This document shows, piece by piece, positions 41,534 through 50,444 of a DNA stretch of 64,000 nt. Origin of the DNA: Gallionella sp. Its GTDB lineage: Bacteria; Pseudomonadota; Gammaproteobacteria; Burkholderiales; Gallionellaceae. Both the position numbers and the translations under genes were made by a program. The notes under the pieces were generated by a model. That model was not told the origin of the DNA, made no database searches, and worked only from the letters and a program-made list of their open reading frames with translations. Positions within the stretch are counted from its first letter, which is position 1; the number at the start of each line of letters is the position of its first letter. The DNA lies in contig JBAVGB010000041.1 in NCBI GenBank assembly GCA_049684555.1, positions 8,565-72,564 of the forward strand, written 5' to 3'.

Positions 41534-41609
41534 CTTGATATATGCAAATGAAATTTTGCGAGGGGGTGGGATTATAAATGAAACTTGGCGGCATGCTATT
41601 ATTCTGTGC

Positions 41610-42785
41610 ATGAAATTCGACGTTCTGATCATAGGCGGGGGATTGGTTGGCGCCAGTCTGGCCGTCGCGCTCAAACACAGCGGGCTGTCTCTTGCGATGG
41701 TGGAGAGTCAGCCCTTGCTCATGCCGGGGAACCCGCCGGCTGGTGCCGAGGATTGGGATAGCCGGATATACGCGATCAGTCCGGGCAGCCGCAGCTTCCT
41801 CGAAAAATCGGGCGCCTGGTCATTGCTGGATGCCGACCGCATAGCACCGGTGGAAGCAATGCGCGTGTTCGGCGACACCGGCGCGGAACTGGAATTCAGC
41901 GCATATCAAATGGGTGTGGCAGAACTGGCCTGCATACTGGAAAACCGCGCCCTGCATCACGCGCTGTGGCGGGTGGCGTCACAGCAGGATAATCTGGCCC
42001 TGATCTACCCGGCGCGCTGTGCCGCACTCAAGTTTGGTGCGGATGCCGCCACACTGACGCTTGAAGACGGCCGTACTCTGGACGCGAAGCTCGTGGTCGG
42101 CGCCGACGGTCGCGATTCCTGGGTGCGCAAGCAGGCGGGCATCAGCGCCGCGCCTCTGGATTACCGTCAGCATGGCGTGGTGGCCAATTTTTCATGCGAA
42201 ATGCCACACCGCGGCATCGCGTACCAGTGGTTTCAGACGGACGGTATCCTTGCCTTGCTGCCGCTCCCCGGCAACCGGGTTTCCATGGTGTGGTCGGTCA
42301 GCCCGGAACATGCGGCAACCCTGCTTGCCTTGCCATATGAAGAACTGTGCGGAAAAGTCGCTGCGGCATCGCGCCACAGCCTGGGCGAACTGAACATCAT
42401 CACGCCGCCCGCTGCCTTCCCGCTGCGCATGCTGGTATTGCCGCAGATCAGCGCGCCGCGCGTGGCGTTGATCGGCGATGCCGCGCACAACATGCACCCG
42501 CTGGCCGGACAGGGTGTGAATACCGGCTTTCGCGATGCGCGCCAGCTGGCGCAGATCCTTCTGGAGCGCGGCGCGCAAAACGACTGCGGCGACGCACTGT
42601 TGCTGCGCCGCTATGAACGAAAGCGCAAGGAAGATATCTATACCATGCAGGCCGCGACTTACGGGTTGAAACATTTGTTCAATAATGATGTTCCGTTGCT
42701 GCGGTCCGCGCGCAACTTCGGGCTGGATTCCGTGAATCGCATCGGCCCGCTGAAAAAAATGCTGATGCAGCATGCCTTGAATTAA
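41610..42785 (+). CDS. UbiH/UbiF/VisC/COQ6 family FAD-dependent ubiquinone hydroxylase
   Basis: Begins MKFDVLIIGGGLVGASLA (the FAD GxGxxG motif) and contains GADG.S.VR and GDAAH..HPLAGQG. Confidence 0.88.
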   Translation: MKFDVLIIGGGLVGASLAVALKHSGLSLAMVESQPLLMPGNPPAGAEDWDSRIYAISPGSRSFLEKSGAWSLLDADRIAPVEAMRVFGDTGAELEFSAYQMGVAELACILENRALHHALWRVASQQDNLALIYPARCAALKFGADAATLTLEDGRTLDAKLVVGADGRDSWVRKQAGISAAPLDYRQHGVVANFSCEMPHRGIAYQWFQTDGILALLPLPGNRVSMVWSVSPEHAATLLALPYEELCGKVAAASRHSLGELNIITPPAAFPLRMLVLPQISAPRVALIGDAAHNMHPLAGQGVNTGFRDARQLAQILLERGAQNDCGDALLLRRYERKRKEDIYTMQAATYGLKHLFNNDVPLLRSARNFGLDSVNRIGPLKKMLMQHALN

Positions 42786-42816
42786 ACTTCCGCAATCAAT
42801 ATTAAAGAAAGTACCA

Positions 42817-43551
42817 ATGAAAAATATAAATTTCCCGAGCATGCCGAAGTGGATATTTGCGCTTCTGCTGATGATGGCATCCACCGCCCACGCCGGAGTG
42901 GACGAGATTCGCCAGTCCTTGCAAGCCGATTTTCCCGGCATCGGCAAGATCGAGCACATCGTCAAGACGCCCTACGCGGGACTGTATGAAGTCGTCATCG
43001 GCGACCAGCTTTTATACACCGACGATCAGGGCCAGTATATTTTCGACGGCAGCGTGATCGACCCGAAAAACCGCCGCGATCTGAGCGAGGAGCGCCGCCG
43101 CGTGCTGTTCGCGATCGACTTCGACAAGTTGCCGCTCGATCTCGCGGTGAAGGAAGTCAAGGGTAACGGCAAGCGCAAGCTCGCCATTTTTACCGATCCG
43201 AATTGTCCGTATTGCAAGCGGCTGGAAAAGGAATTGAACGGGGTCAGCGATGTCACGCTGTACCTGTTCATGTACCCGATCTTCCCGGGTTCGTCCGAAA
43301 TCGTGCGCAACGTGCTGTGCTCGAAGGACCCGGTCAAGGCATGGAACGACTGGATGCGGAAGGAGATCAGCCCCGCGAAAGCGGTTTGCAAGACCCAGAC
43401 GGACAAGGTCATGGCGCTGGGCCAGAAGCTCCATGTCAACGGCACGCCCAACCTGATATTCGGCAACGGCATAGAGGCGCCGGGATTTTTGCCGCAGCAG
43501 GAACTGGAAAAGAACCTGAACGCACCCAAGGTCAAGCAAGACATGTCATGA
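42817..43551 (+). CDS. dsbC: Thiol:disulfide interchange protein DsbC family
   Basis: Signal peptide, dimerisation N-domain and a thioredoxin fold with CPYC. Confidence 0.9.
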   Translation: MKNINFPSMPKWIFALLLMMASTAHAGVDEIRQSLQADFPGIGKIEHIVKTPYAGLYEVVIGDQLLYTDDQGQYIFDGSVIDPKNRRDLSEERRRVLFAIDFDKLPLDLAVKEVKGNGKRKLAIFTDPNCPYCKRLEKELNGVSDVTLYLFMYPIFPGSSEIVRNVLCSKDPVKAWNDWMRKEISPAKAVCKTQTDKVMALGQKLHVNGTPNLIFGNGIEAPGFLPQQELEKNLNAPKVKQDMS

Positions 43552-44483
43552 ATGCAGGAATGCAAACAAATCAAGATTTGCTCGTCAAGTCGCTGGGCGG
43601 AGCACGCGAGGGCGTCATCCTGGTCGATGCACAGCACGCAGATTTCCCGGTGCGCTATGTCAACGATGGTTTTGCAAGATTGACCGGTTATACCGGCGGC
43701 GAAGTCATCGGCAGGAATTACCGCTTCCTGCAGGGAACCGATACCAGTCAGGTGGAATTGGCCGTAATGGACGCCGCGCTTGCCAAGGGTGCGGCTTGCG
43801 TGGTGAGGTTGCGCAATTACCGCAAGGACGGGTCAATGTTCCGGGGAGAATTCAGCGCCGTTCCGTTGCATGATGAACAGGGCAAGCTCACCCATTTCAT
43901 TGGCATGCTGAGGGATGTTACAGACAGGGGGCGCATAGAAATCCAGGCGGAAGTGCTGAAGCAAGTCCCGGCTAAAACGCCGGCCGATACCGATCCCCTG
44001 GTCGGCATCGCCAACCGCAGCCACTTCGACCAGCGCTTCGCCGACCTGCTGAGTGTTTCGCAACGCATCCGCAGCGGGATATCGGTGCTGATGATCGATC
44101 TGGATCATTTCAAGCTGTTCAATCAGCGCTACGGACAGTCTGCGGGAGACGAGTGCCTGCACATGGTGGGCACTTGCATTGCCAAATCGTTCATCCGCGC
44201 GTCGGATTGCGTCGCGCGCTTCGGCGGCGAAGAATTTGCCGTCGCATCATTTTTTCCGGGCGTAGAGCCATTGCGCCATCACGCACAAAGACTTTGCGAA
44301 CGGGTGCGCGAACTCAATATCCCGCACGGCGATTCCCCGCATGGCGTGGTCACCATCAGTATCGGCGGCATCTACCAGGTGCCGAGCCGGGATACCACCG
44401 AGGAAATGCTCATCGAACTGGCCAACCGGGAATTGTTGGCCGCCAAACACAGCGGTCGCGACCGGGCGCATATCGCCGGCTGA
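43548..44483 (+). CDS. LOV-like PAS domain / GGDEF diguanylate cyclase (photoactive Cys replaced by Tyr)
   Basis: ATGA overlap with the dsbC stop. The PAS core reads GFARLTGYTGGEVIGRNYRFLQG...NYRKDG...FIGMLRDVT, and the GGDEF domain carries GGEEF. Confidence 0.88.
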   Translation: MNAGMQTNQDLLVKSLGGAREGVILVDAQHADFPVRYVNDGFARLTGYTGGEVIGRNYRFLQGTDTSQVELAVMDAALAKGAACVVRLRNYRKDGSMFRGEFSAVPLHDEQGKLTHFIGMLRDVTDRGRIEIQAEVLKQVPAKTPADTDPLVGIANRSHFDQRFADLLSVSQRIRSGISVLMIDLDHFKLFNQRYGQSAGDECLHMVGTCIAKSFIRASDCVARFGGEEFAVASFFPGVEPLRHHAQRLCERVRELNIPHGDSPHGVVTISIGGIYQVPSRDTTEEMLIELANRELLAAKHSGRDRAHIAG

Positions 44484-44693
44484 TCCGGCCAGCCTTTCCA
44501 TCAATCCGTCAAAATCGCCATGGCAGGCCGCTGCTTAATTGCACGCTTGTTTTCCGGCATGTCTTCCGCCTGAATATCAATGCATGCCGGCGTGCTTGCC
44601 GACCGGCGAGCGCGAGAGCTTTGATTCAAAAGTGGAAATCAGGCTGTGTTTGCAAGGGAAATAAATAAGCGAGGTATTTTCAATCTGTTCCGC

Positions 44694-44720
44694 TAAACAA
44701 AATCGATTTTGCGCCGTTAT
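44694..44720 (+). promoter_or_regulatory. Candidate sigma28 (FliA)-type promoter upstream of the MCP gene
   Basis: TAAACAAA, 11 nt, then GCCGTTAT (consensus TAAAGTTT-N11-GCCGATAA), 83 nt upstream of the MCP ATG. Confidence 0.45.
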
Positions 44721-44802
44721 AGTTCGGGTCGGGATCAAAAAAGCGACTCGCAATCTAGCACATACATCTATATAAATTCATATATTGATTTGAGGATACT
44801 TG

Positions 44803-46461
44803 ATGTCAAACCGCAGCACAAAACATTCCATAAGCTGGACGCTCACACTCTCATTTTTTTGCGCGTTGATGCTCGTGGAACTCGCTCTGGCCGGATTCGG
44901 CAGCTTGTTTGAAGGAATGTCGACCCCGGCATGGGTGGCGACGGGATTGTTCGTAGCGCTGATTGTCACGTTTGTGTTCAACAGGCTGTTGCTGTACCAC
45001 ATCCGCCAGTTGAGGGAAGTGGCAGCCGCGGTTGCGGCGCTGGGACGCGGCGATCTGACCGTGAAAATTCCATGGGCAGCGCCCGCGCAGGCCCTGGACA
45101 GTCCCGAGCTGACCGCCAAAACCGACCGGCTGGCGAGGGATTTTGCCGGCAATTTCAGGGAAAGGTTTTCATTGCACCCGGAATCGCTGGTGACGATCGG
45201 CCATATTCGCGTCCCGACATTGCGTTGCGGTGAGGTCGCGCTCAACTTGGAAACCGCCATCGTCGACCGGTTTAGCGAAAGCAGCGGCGGCGTGGCCACG
45301 ATATTTGCATTGCGCGGAAATGACCTGGTGCGGATCACGACCTCCCTGAAGAAGCCCGACGGTTCCCGTGTGATCGGAACCATGCTTGACATTAACGGAG
45401 CCGCCTACCAGAAACTGAAGCAGGGGGAGAGCTTCGTTGGAACGGCGCAGCTGTTCGGCAAGACTTACATGACCCGCTATGACCCGCTGCAGAGCATGGA
45501 AGGAGAGATCATTGGCGCACTGTTCGTCGGGTTGGAGCTGGTCCAGGGCCGTATTACCGGCGATGAAATCCACGCCTTGGCGAGCGGAGTCAATTCCGTT
45601 GCAATGGAATTCAGGGGATTTGTAGCCGGATTGACCAAGTCGGCAGATTCGGTGGCCAGTGCGGCAACCGCATTGGCAGTCAACACCGAAAAGGTGGCGG
45701 ACAGTTCCAGGCAACAAAGCGAAGCGGCCGGCACAATGGCTGCCGCCGTCGAACAGGTGACGGTCAGCATCGCTCAAGTTGCCGATCATGCCAGTGCGAC
45801 CGAGAAGATTTCCCGGGAAACTTTCGGGTTATCGGAAGGCGGCGAGAAAGTTGTCCAGGAAGCTGCGGGGAAAATTGCACGGGTTGCCGCTGCAGTCGAT
45901 GTCCTGTCCAAAGTGATCGCCTCGTTGGGCGAGCATTCCGCTGAAATTGGCGGCATTGTTCAGGTCATCAAGAAAATCGCCGACCAGACCAACCTGCTTG
46001 CTTTGAATGCGGCCATCGAGGCTGCGCGTGCAGGAGAACAGGGACGGGGTTTTGCCGTGGTTGCCGATGAGGTGCGTAAACTTGCCGAGAACACGATGAA
46101 CGCAACGGAGCAGATTGCGGGCATGATAGACAACATCAAGGAGCAAATCAGCGCCGCGGGGGCCAACATGAACGAAAGCCAGACGCAGGTCCGGCTAGGT
46201 GTCGAATTGGCGGAACAAGCGCGGGACTCGCTCGGAAAAATCAGCAAGGAAACCAATCACACGCTCGGGATGGTCAGGGAAATCAGTGCCGCGACCAAGG
46301 AACAAAGCGTCGCCAGCAGCGAGATTGCCCGAAACGTCGAGAACGTCGCGCAGATGACCGATGTGAATACGTCGGTGATCGTGCAGCTGGCAGGTTCGGC
46401 AACCCAACTTGAGCAGATGTCCTCCAACCTGCAAAACATGGCAAATCGCTTCAGGTTATAG
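44803..46461 (+). CDS. Methyl-accepting chemotaxis protein with Cache_3-Cache_2-like sensor
   Basis: GAGGA Shine-Dalgarno sequence 6 nt upstream of the ATG. Two adjacent TM helices, a HAMP-like segment, a GGVATIF...RITT...G.R.IGT...Y.G.A.LFGK.Y...Y.P......IIGALFVG module and a conserved MA domain ([30 protein letters not shown]). Confidence 0.9.
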   Translation: MSNRSTKHSISWTLTLSFFCALMLVELALAGFGSLFEGMSTPAWVATGLFVALIVTFVFNRLLLYHIRQLREVAAAVAALGRGDLTVKIPWAAPAQALDSPELTAKTDRLARDFAGNFRERFSLHPESLVTIGHIRVPTLRCGEVALNLETAIVDRFSESSGGVATIFALRGNDLVRITTSLKKPDGSRVIGTMLDINGAAYQKLKQGESFVGTAQLFGKTYMTRYDPLQSMEGEIIGALFVGLELVQGRITGDEIHALASGVNSVAMEFRGFVAGLTKSADSVASAATALAVNTEKVADSSRQQSEAAGTMAAAVEQVTVSIAQVADHASATEKISRETFGLSEGGEKVVQEAAGKIARVAAAVDVLSKVIASLGEHSAEIGGIVQVIKKIADQTNLLALNAAIEAARAGEQGRGFAVVADEVRKLAENTMNATEQIAGMIDNIKEQISAAGANMNESQTQVRLGVELAEQARDSLGKISKETNHTLGMVREISAATKEQSVASSEIARNVENVAQMTDVNTSVIVQLAGSATQLEQMSSNLQNMANRFRL

Positions 46462-46542
46462 CCGGCCGTCGCCGCGCTCAAGTATTCCCGTGTTGCTACG
46501 GCAAGAGTGCCGGTGTGTTGCGTTGGCAATTAAAGGCAGCAG

Positions 46543-47808
46543 CTATGGCGTCAGCGTCGGCTCCGCGCCCTTGGGAAACAATACCCACATCTGGCCGGTC
46601 TGCTTCATGCTCCCGGCCTGGACCGCGGCCTGGTCGCCAAACCCCCAATAGAAATCGCCGCGCACCGCACCCTTGATGGCGCCGCCGGTATCCTGCGCCA
46701 GCATCAGGCGGTTCAATGGCTGTTCGGTATTCGGATACGTGGTGGAAATGAACACCGGCGCGCCCAGCGGAATGGTGCGCGCATCCACAGCCAGGCTGTA
46801 CTGGTCGGTCAGCGGCACGCCCAGAGCGCCCAGCGGTGCGGGCAGGTCATTGGGCAGTTCGCGGAAGAACACATAGCTGGCATTCTGTTCCAGCAGGCTG
46901 TCCATCTGATCGGGGTGCTGTTCGGCCCATTGTTTGATCCCCTGCATGGAAGCATTTTCGAGTTTGATCCCGCCCATTTCGACCAGTTTCTTGCCGATGG
47001 AAGTGTAGGGGTATCCGTTCTGGTCGGCATAGCCAACCTTCACGATGCTGCCGTCCGGCAACTCGATGCGTCCCGAGCCCTGTATCTGCAGGAAGAACAG
47101 ATCGACCGCGTTGTCCACCCAGCATAATTCGTGCCCGTGCAACGGGGCTTTTCCGCTGTCGATCTCGCTGCGGTTGTAATAAGGCACGACACGGTTGCCC
47201 TGCAACCGACCGCGCAGGCGCATGTCCTTCAGTTGCGGATACGCATCACCCAGATCGATGGTCAGCAGATCATCCGGCACTCCGTACAGCGGATAACGGA
47301 AACGTGAAGTCCTGACACGGCTGCCATACAGTTTCGGTTCGTAGTAGCCGGTGAACAATCCCTGTGATGTCCCGTCCGGGTTGTACACCTGGTAGGGCGT
47401 GAAATCCTGCTCGAAGAATGCATGCAGCGCGCTGTTGTCGGGCTGCGTCATTTGATCGGCTTGGGAACATACGGTTTGCCAGCCAGGCTTGTTCTTCAGC
47501 ACGTTGCAGCTTTGCCAGAAGGCGGCCCAGGCGGGTTGCAGGTCTACCGTTTGCCAATCCGGCAGCATCTCCCACTTGCTTGCCGAAAACGGCGGGTAAG
47601 GCTGGGCGGGAAGCTGCATGGCGGGCTGTACGGCGGGCGGTCTGGGTGTCGTGCAGGCGGCAAGCAAGATCAGCGGAAACAGCGCGGCTTGAATCAGCGC
47701 GCGGAAAGAATAGCGGCGGCGGGCCGTTCGGCTGTTGCGGTTTGACCGCCTGCCGGATCGGCCCGCAGCCTCGTCAGTCGGATGACCGGATGTCTGATTC
47801 ATGGCCAT
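46543..47808 (-). CDS. mltA: Membrane-bound lytic murein transglycosylase A
   Basis: Lipobox LLAAC plus MltA and 3D domain motifs (GYYEP, FFLQIQGSG, DTGGAIKG). The start is uncertain (47814 TTG, 47808 or 47802 ATG). Confidence 0.9.
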   Translation of the reverse strand: MAMNQTSGHPTDEAAGRSGRRSNRNSRTARRRYSFRALIQAALFPLILLAACTTPRPPAVQPAMQLPAQPYPPFSASKWEMLPDWQTVDLQPAWAAFWQSCNVLKNKPGWQTVCSQADQMTQPDNSALHAFFEQDFTPYQVYNPDGTSQGLFTGYYEPKLYGSRVRTSRFRYPLYGVPDDLLTIDLGDAYPQLKDMRLRGRLQGNRVVPYYNRSEIDSGKAPLHGHELCWVDNAVDLFFLQIQGSGRIELPDGSIVKVGYADQNGYPYTSIGKKLVEMGGIKLENASMQGIKQWAEQHPDQMDSLLEQNASYVFFRELPNDLPAPLGALGVPLTDQYSLAVDARTIPLGAPVFISTTYPNTEQPLNRLMLAQDTGGAIKGAVRGDFYWGFGDQAAVQAGSMKQTGQMWVLFPKGAEPTLTP

Positions 47809-47810
47809 GA

Positions 47811-48203
47811 TCAATGCAGGACGCGCGGAACACTCAAGACGAACTGCGGGATCTGCACCTCGAACTGGGCGCCATCATCGGTCTGCATCAGGTAACTGCC
47901 GCGCATCGTTCCCACCTGAGTGGTCAGCACCGTGCCGCTGGTATATTCGAAGCTCTGACTCGGCTTGAGCAAGGGCTGTTCGCCGACCACACCCTGTCCG
48001 CGAACCTCCTGCACATGGTTGTTGGCATCGGTGATGATCCAGTGGCGGCTGATGAGTTTGGCCGAAGTTTGGCCGAGATTGGTGATGGTGATAGTGTAGG
48101 AAAACACGAAACGGTTGTCCGCTTCATCGGATTGATCCGGCAGGTAATTCACCTGTGTCTGTATCACCACGCCATGTTGATTGATTTCTTCCATGCGCTG
48201 CAT
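47811..48203 (-). CDS. apaG: ApaG (DUF525) protein
   Basis: Contains F.Y.ITI.N.G....L..R.W.ITD.......V.G.GVVG.QP.L.P...F.YTSG. The start is uncertain (48230, 48203 or 48194). Confidence 0.88.
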   Translation of the reverse strand: MQRMEEINQHGVVIQTQVNYLPDQSDEADNRFVFSYTITITNLGQTSAKLISRHWIITDANNHVQEVRGQGVVGEQPLLKPSQSFEYTSGTVLTTQVGTMRGSYLMQTDDGAQFEVQIPQFVLSVPRVLH

Positions 48204-48287
48204 TTGAACCGATTTTCGCTTGTGTCGCAAGGGCTTCGCGGTGTTTTTATGCTAATCTTCGCGGGTATTTTTTGACCGAAAAAATTT

Positions 48288-49796
48288 ATGAACGGATATT
48301 TGAAACGCATACTCAACGCCCGCGTCTATGATGTGGCGATTGAAACCCCGCTGGAAATCGCGCCCAATCTCTCGGCGCGCATCGGCAACACGGTATTGCT
48401 CAAGCGCGAGGATATGCAGCCGGTATTCTCGTTCAAGCTGCGCGGCGCATACAACAAGATGGCACAGCTCACGCCGGAACAATTGAAACGAGGAGTCATC
48501 GCCGCCTCGGCGGGGAACCATGCCCAGGGCGTGGCGCTCAGCGCCCAGAAGCTCGGCTGCAAGGCCGTCATCGTGATGCCCACCACCACGCCGCAGATCA
48601 AGATCGATGCAGTCAAGGCGCGCGGTGCAAAAGTGGTGCTGAACGGCGATTCGTATTCCGATGCCTATCAGTATGCGCTCGAGCTGGAGCAGCAAAACAG
48701 GATGACCTTCGTGCATCCGTACGACGATCCGGACGTGATCGCCGGGCAGGGCACCATCGCAATGGAGATCCTGCGCCAGCATACCCAGCCCATCCACGCG
48801 ATCTTCGTCGCGATCGGCGGCGGCGGGCTGATTTCCGGAGTGGCGGCCTACGTCAAGCTGCTGCGGCCAGATATCAGGATCATCGGCGTGCAACCGGTAG
48901 ATTCGGATGCGATGTACCGCTCGGTGAAAGCCGGGAAGCGGATCACGCTGGAACATGTCGGCCTGTTCGCCGACGGCGTGGCGGTGAAGCAGGTCGGCAC
49001 GGAAACCTTCAGGTTGTGCCGCAAACTGGTCGATGAGATCATCCTGGTCGACACCGATACGGCCTGCGCCGCACTCAAGGATGTGTTCGAGGACACCCGC
49101 TCCATCCTCGAGCCGGCGGGTGCGCTGTCGATCGCGGGCGCCAAGCTGTATGCCGCGCGGGAACAGCTGAAAGGTGAGACGCTGGTCGCCATCGCCAGCG
49201 GCGCCAACATGAATTTCGACCGGCTGCGTTTCGTCGCGGAGCGCGCCGAGATCGGTGAAAAACGCGAAGCGATCCTGGCCGTCACGATACCCGAAACACC
49301 GGGCAGTTTTCGCAAGTTCTGCACGCTGCTCGGCCAGCGCAACATCACCGAGTTCAATTACCGCTATGCCGACCCGAAAGCGGCGCATGTGTTCGTCGGC
49401 ATCCAGGTGCGCGACCAGCTCGAAACCAGCGAGTTGGTCGAGAAGCTGCAGCGCAACAAGCTCGATACGCTGAATCTCAGCGACAATGAAATGGCCAAGC
49501 TGCATTTGCGCCATCTGGTCGGCGGTCATGCCCCTGCAGCGAAGGACGAGATCTTGTTCCGCTTCGAATTCCCGGAGCGCCCCGGCGCGCTGATGAACTT
49601 CCTGAACAGCATGAGCCACAACTGGAACATCAGCCTGTTCCATTACCGCAACCACGGCGCGGATTACGGCCGGGTGCTGATCGGCATGCAGGTGCCGCAT
49701 CACGACAAGAAGGCGCTCAAGACCTTTCTCGACACGCTCGGCTACCGTTACTGGGACGAGAGCGCGAATCCGGCCTATCGCCTGTTCCTGGGTTAA
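48288..49796 (+). CDS. ilvA: Threonine ammonia-lyase, biosynthetic
   Basis: 502 aa with a PLP fold (SFKLRGA) and two C-terminal ACT-like regulatory domains. Confidence 0.96.
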   Translation: MNGYLKRILNARVYDVAIETPLEIAPNLSARIGNTVLLKREDMQPVFSFKLRGAYNKMAQLTPEQLKRGVIAASAGNHAQGVALSAQKLGCKAVIVMPTTTPQIKIDAVKARGAKVVLNGDSYSDAYQYALELEQQNRMTFVHPYDDPDVIAGQGTIAMEILRQHTQPIHAIFVAIGGGGLISGVAAYVKLLRPDIRIIGVQPVDSDAMYRSVKAGKRITLEHVGLFADGVAVKQVGTETFRLCRKLVDEIILVDTDTACAALKDVFEDTRSILEPAGALSIAGAKLYAAREQLKGETLVAIASGANMNFDRLRFVAERAEIGEKREAILAVTIPETPGSFRKFCTLLGQRNITEFNYRYADPKAAHVFVGIQVRDQLETSELVEKLQRNKLDTLNLSDNEMAKLHLRHLVGGHAPAAKDEILFRFEFPERPGALMNFLNSMSHNWNISLFHYRNHGADYGRVLIGMQVPHHDKKALKTFLDTLGYRYWDESANPAYRLFLG

Positions 49797-49803
49797 CCGA
49801 AAC

Positions 49804-50412
49804 ATGACGGTTGCGCCGCCCATTACCAAATCCGGCATGCGCAAACTACTGCTCGCGCAGCGCGAACAGCTCCCCGCCGCAACACGCGCCGCCCATAGTG
49901 CGGCGATCAGCGAACGGTTGTTGCAACTGCCCGCATACCGCCTGGCCGGCACGGTTCTCGGCTACATGAATTTCGGCACGGAGTATGCCAGCGATTTGTG
50001 GATCCGGCAGGCGCTGGCGGATGCGAAAAAATTGGTTCTGCCGCGGGTCAACCACCATACCAACCAGCTCGACCTGTATCGGGTGGACGATCCGGAAAAC
50101 CAGCTGGCGACCGGATTGTGGGGAATACGCGAGCCGATCGTCGAACGCTGTGAGCGGCTGATTGCGCTAAATGAGGTAGAATTCGCCCTGCTGCCGGGGG
50201 TGGCATTTACCCGTGATGGCGCGCGGCTGGGCTATGGCGGGGGCTTTTACGACAAGCTCCTGGCCCGTATGGGCGTCCGCCCCGTTTTGGTGGCGGCAGC
50301 TTTTGAATTGCAAATTGCCGAACGAATACCCCAGGAACCGACCGATGTAAAAGTCGAGTGGATCATCACCGAACGGGAAACGATCGCTTGTTCGGCGAAT
50401 GGGATTCACTGA
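49804..50412 (+). CDS. 5-formyltetrahydrofolate cyclo-ligase
   Basis: 202 aa with motifs typical of MTHFS-family proteins (LLPGVAF...G.RLGYGGG.YD). Confidence 0.85.
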   Translation: MTVAPPITKSGMRKLLLAQREQLPAATRAAHSAAISERLLQLPAYRLAGTVLGYMNFGTEYASDLWIRQALADAKKLVLPRVNHHTNQLDLYRVDDPENQLATGLWGIREPIVERCERLIALNEVEFALLPGVAFTRDGARLGYGGGFYDKLLARMGVRPVLVAAAFELQIAERIPQEPTDVKVEWIITERETIACSANGIH

Positions 50413-50444
50413 AATTACCTTGAATTAACAGAAAGAACGGAACG

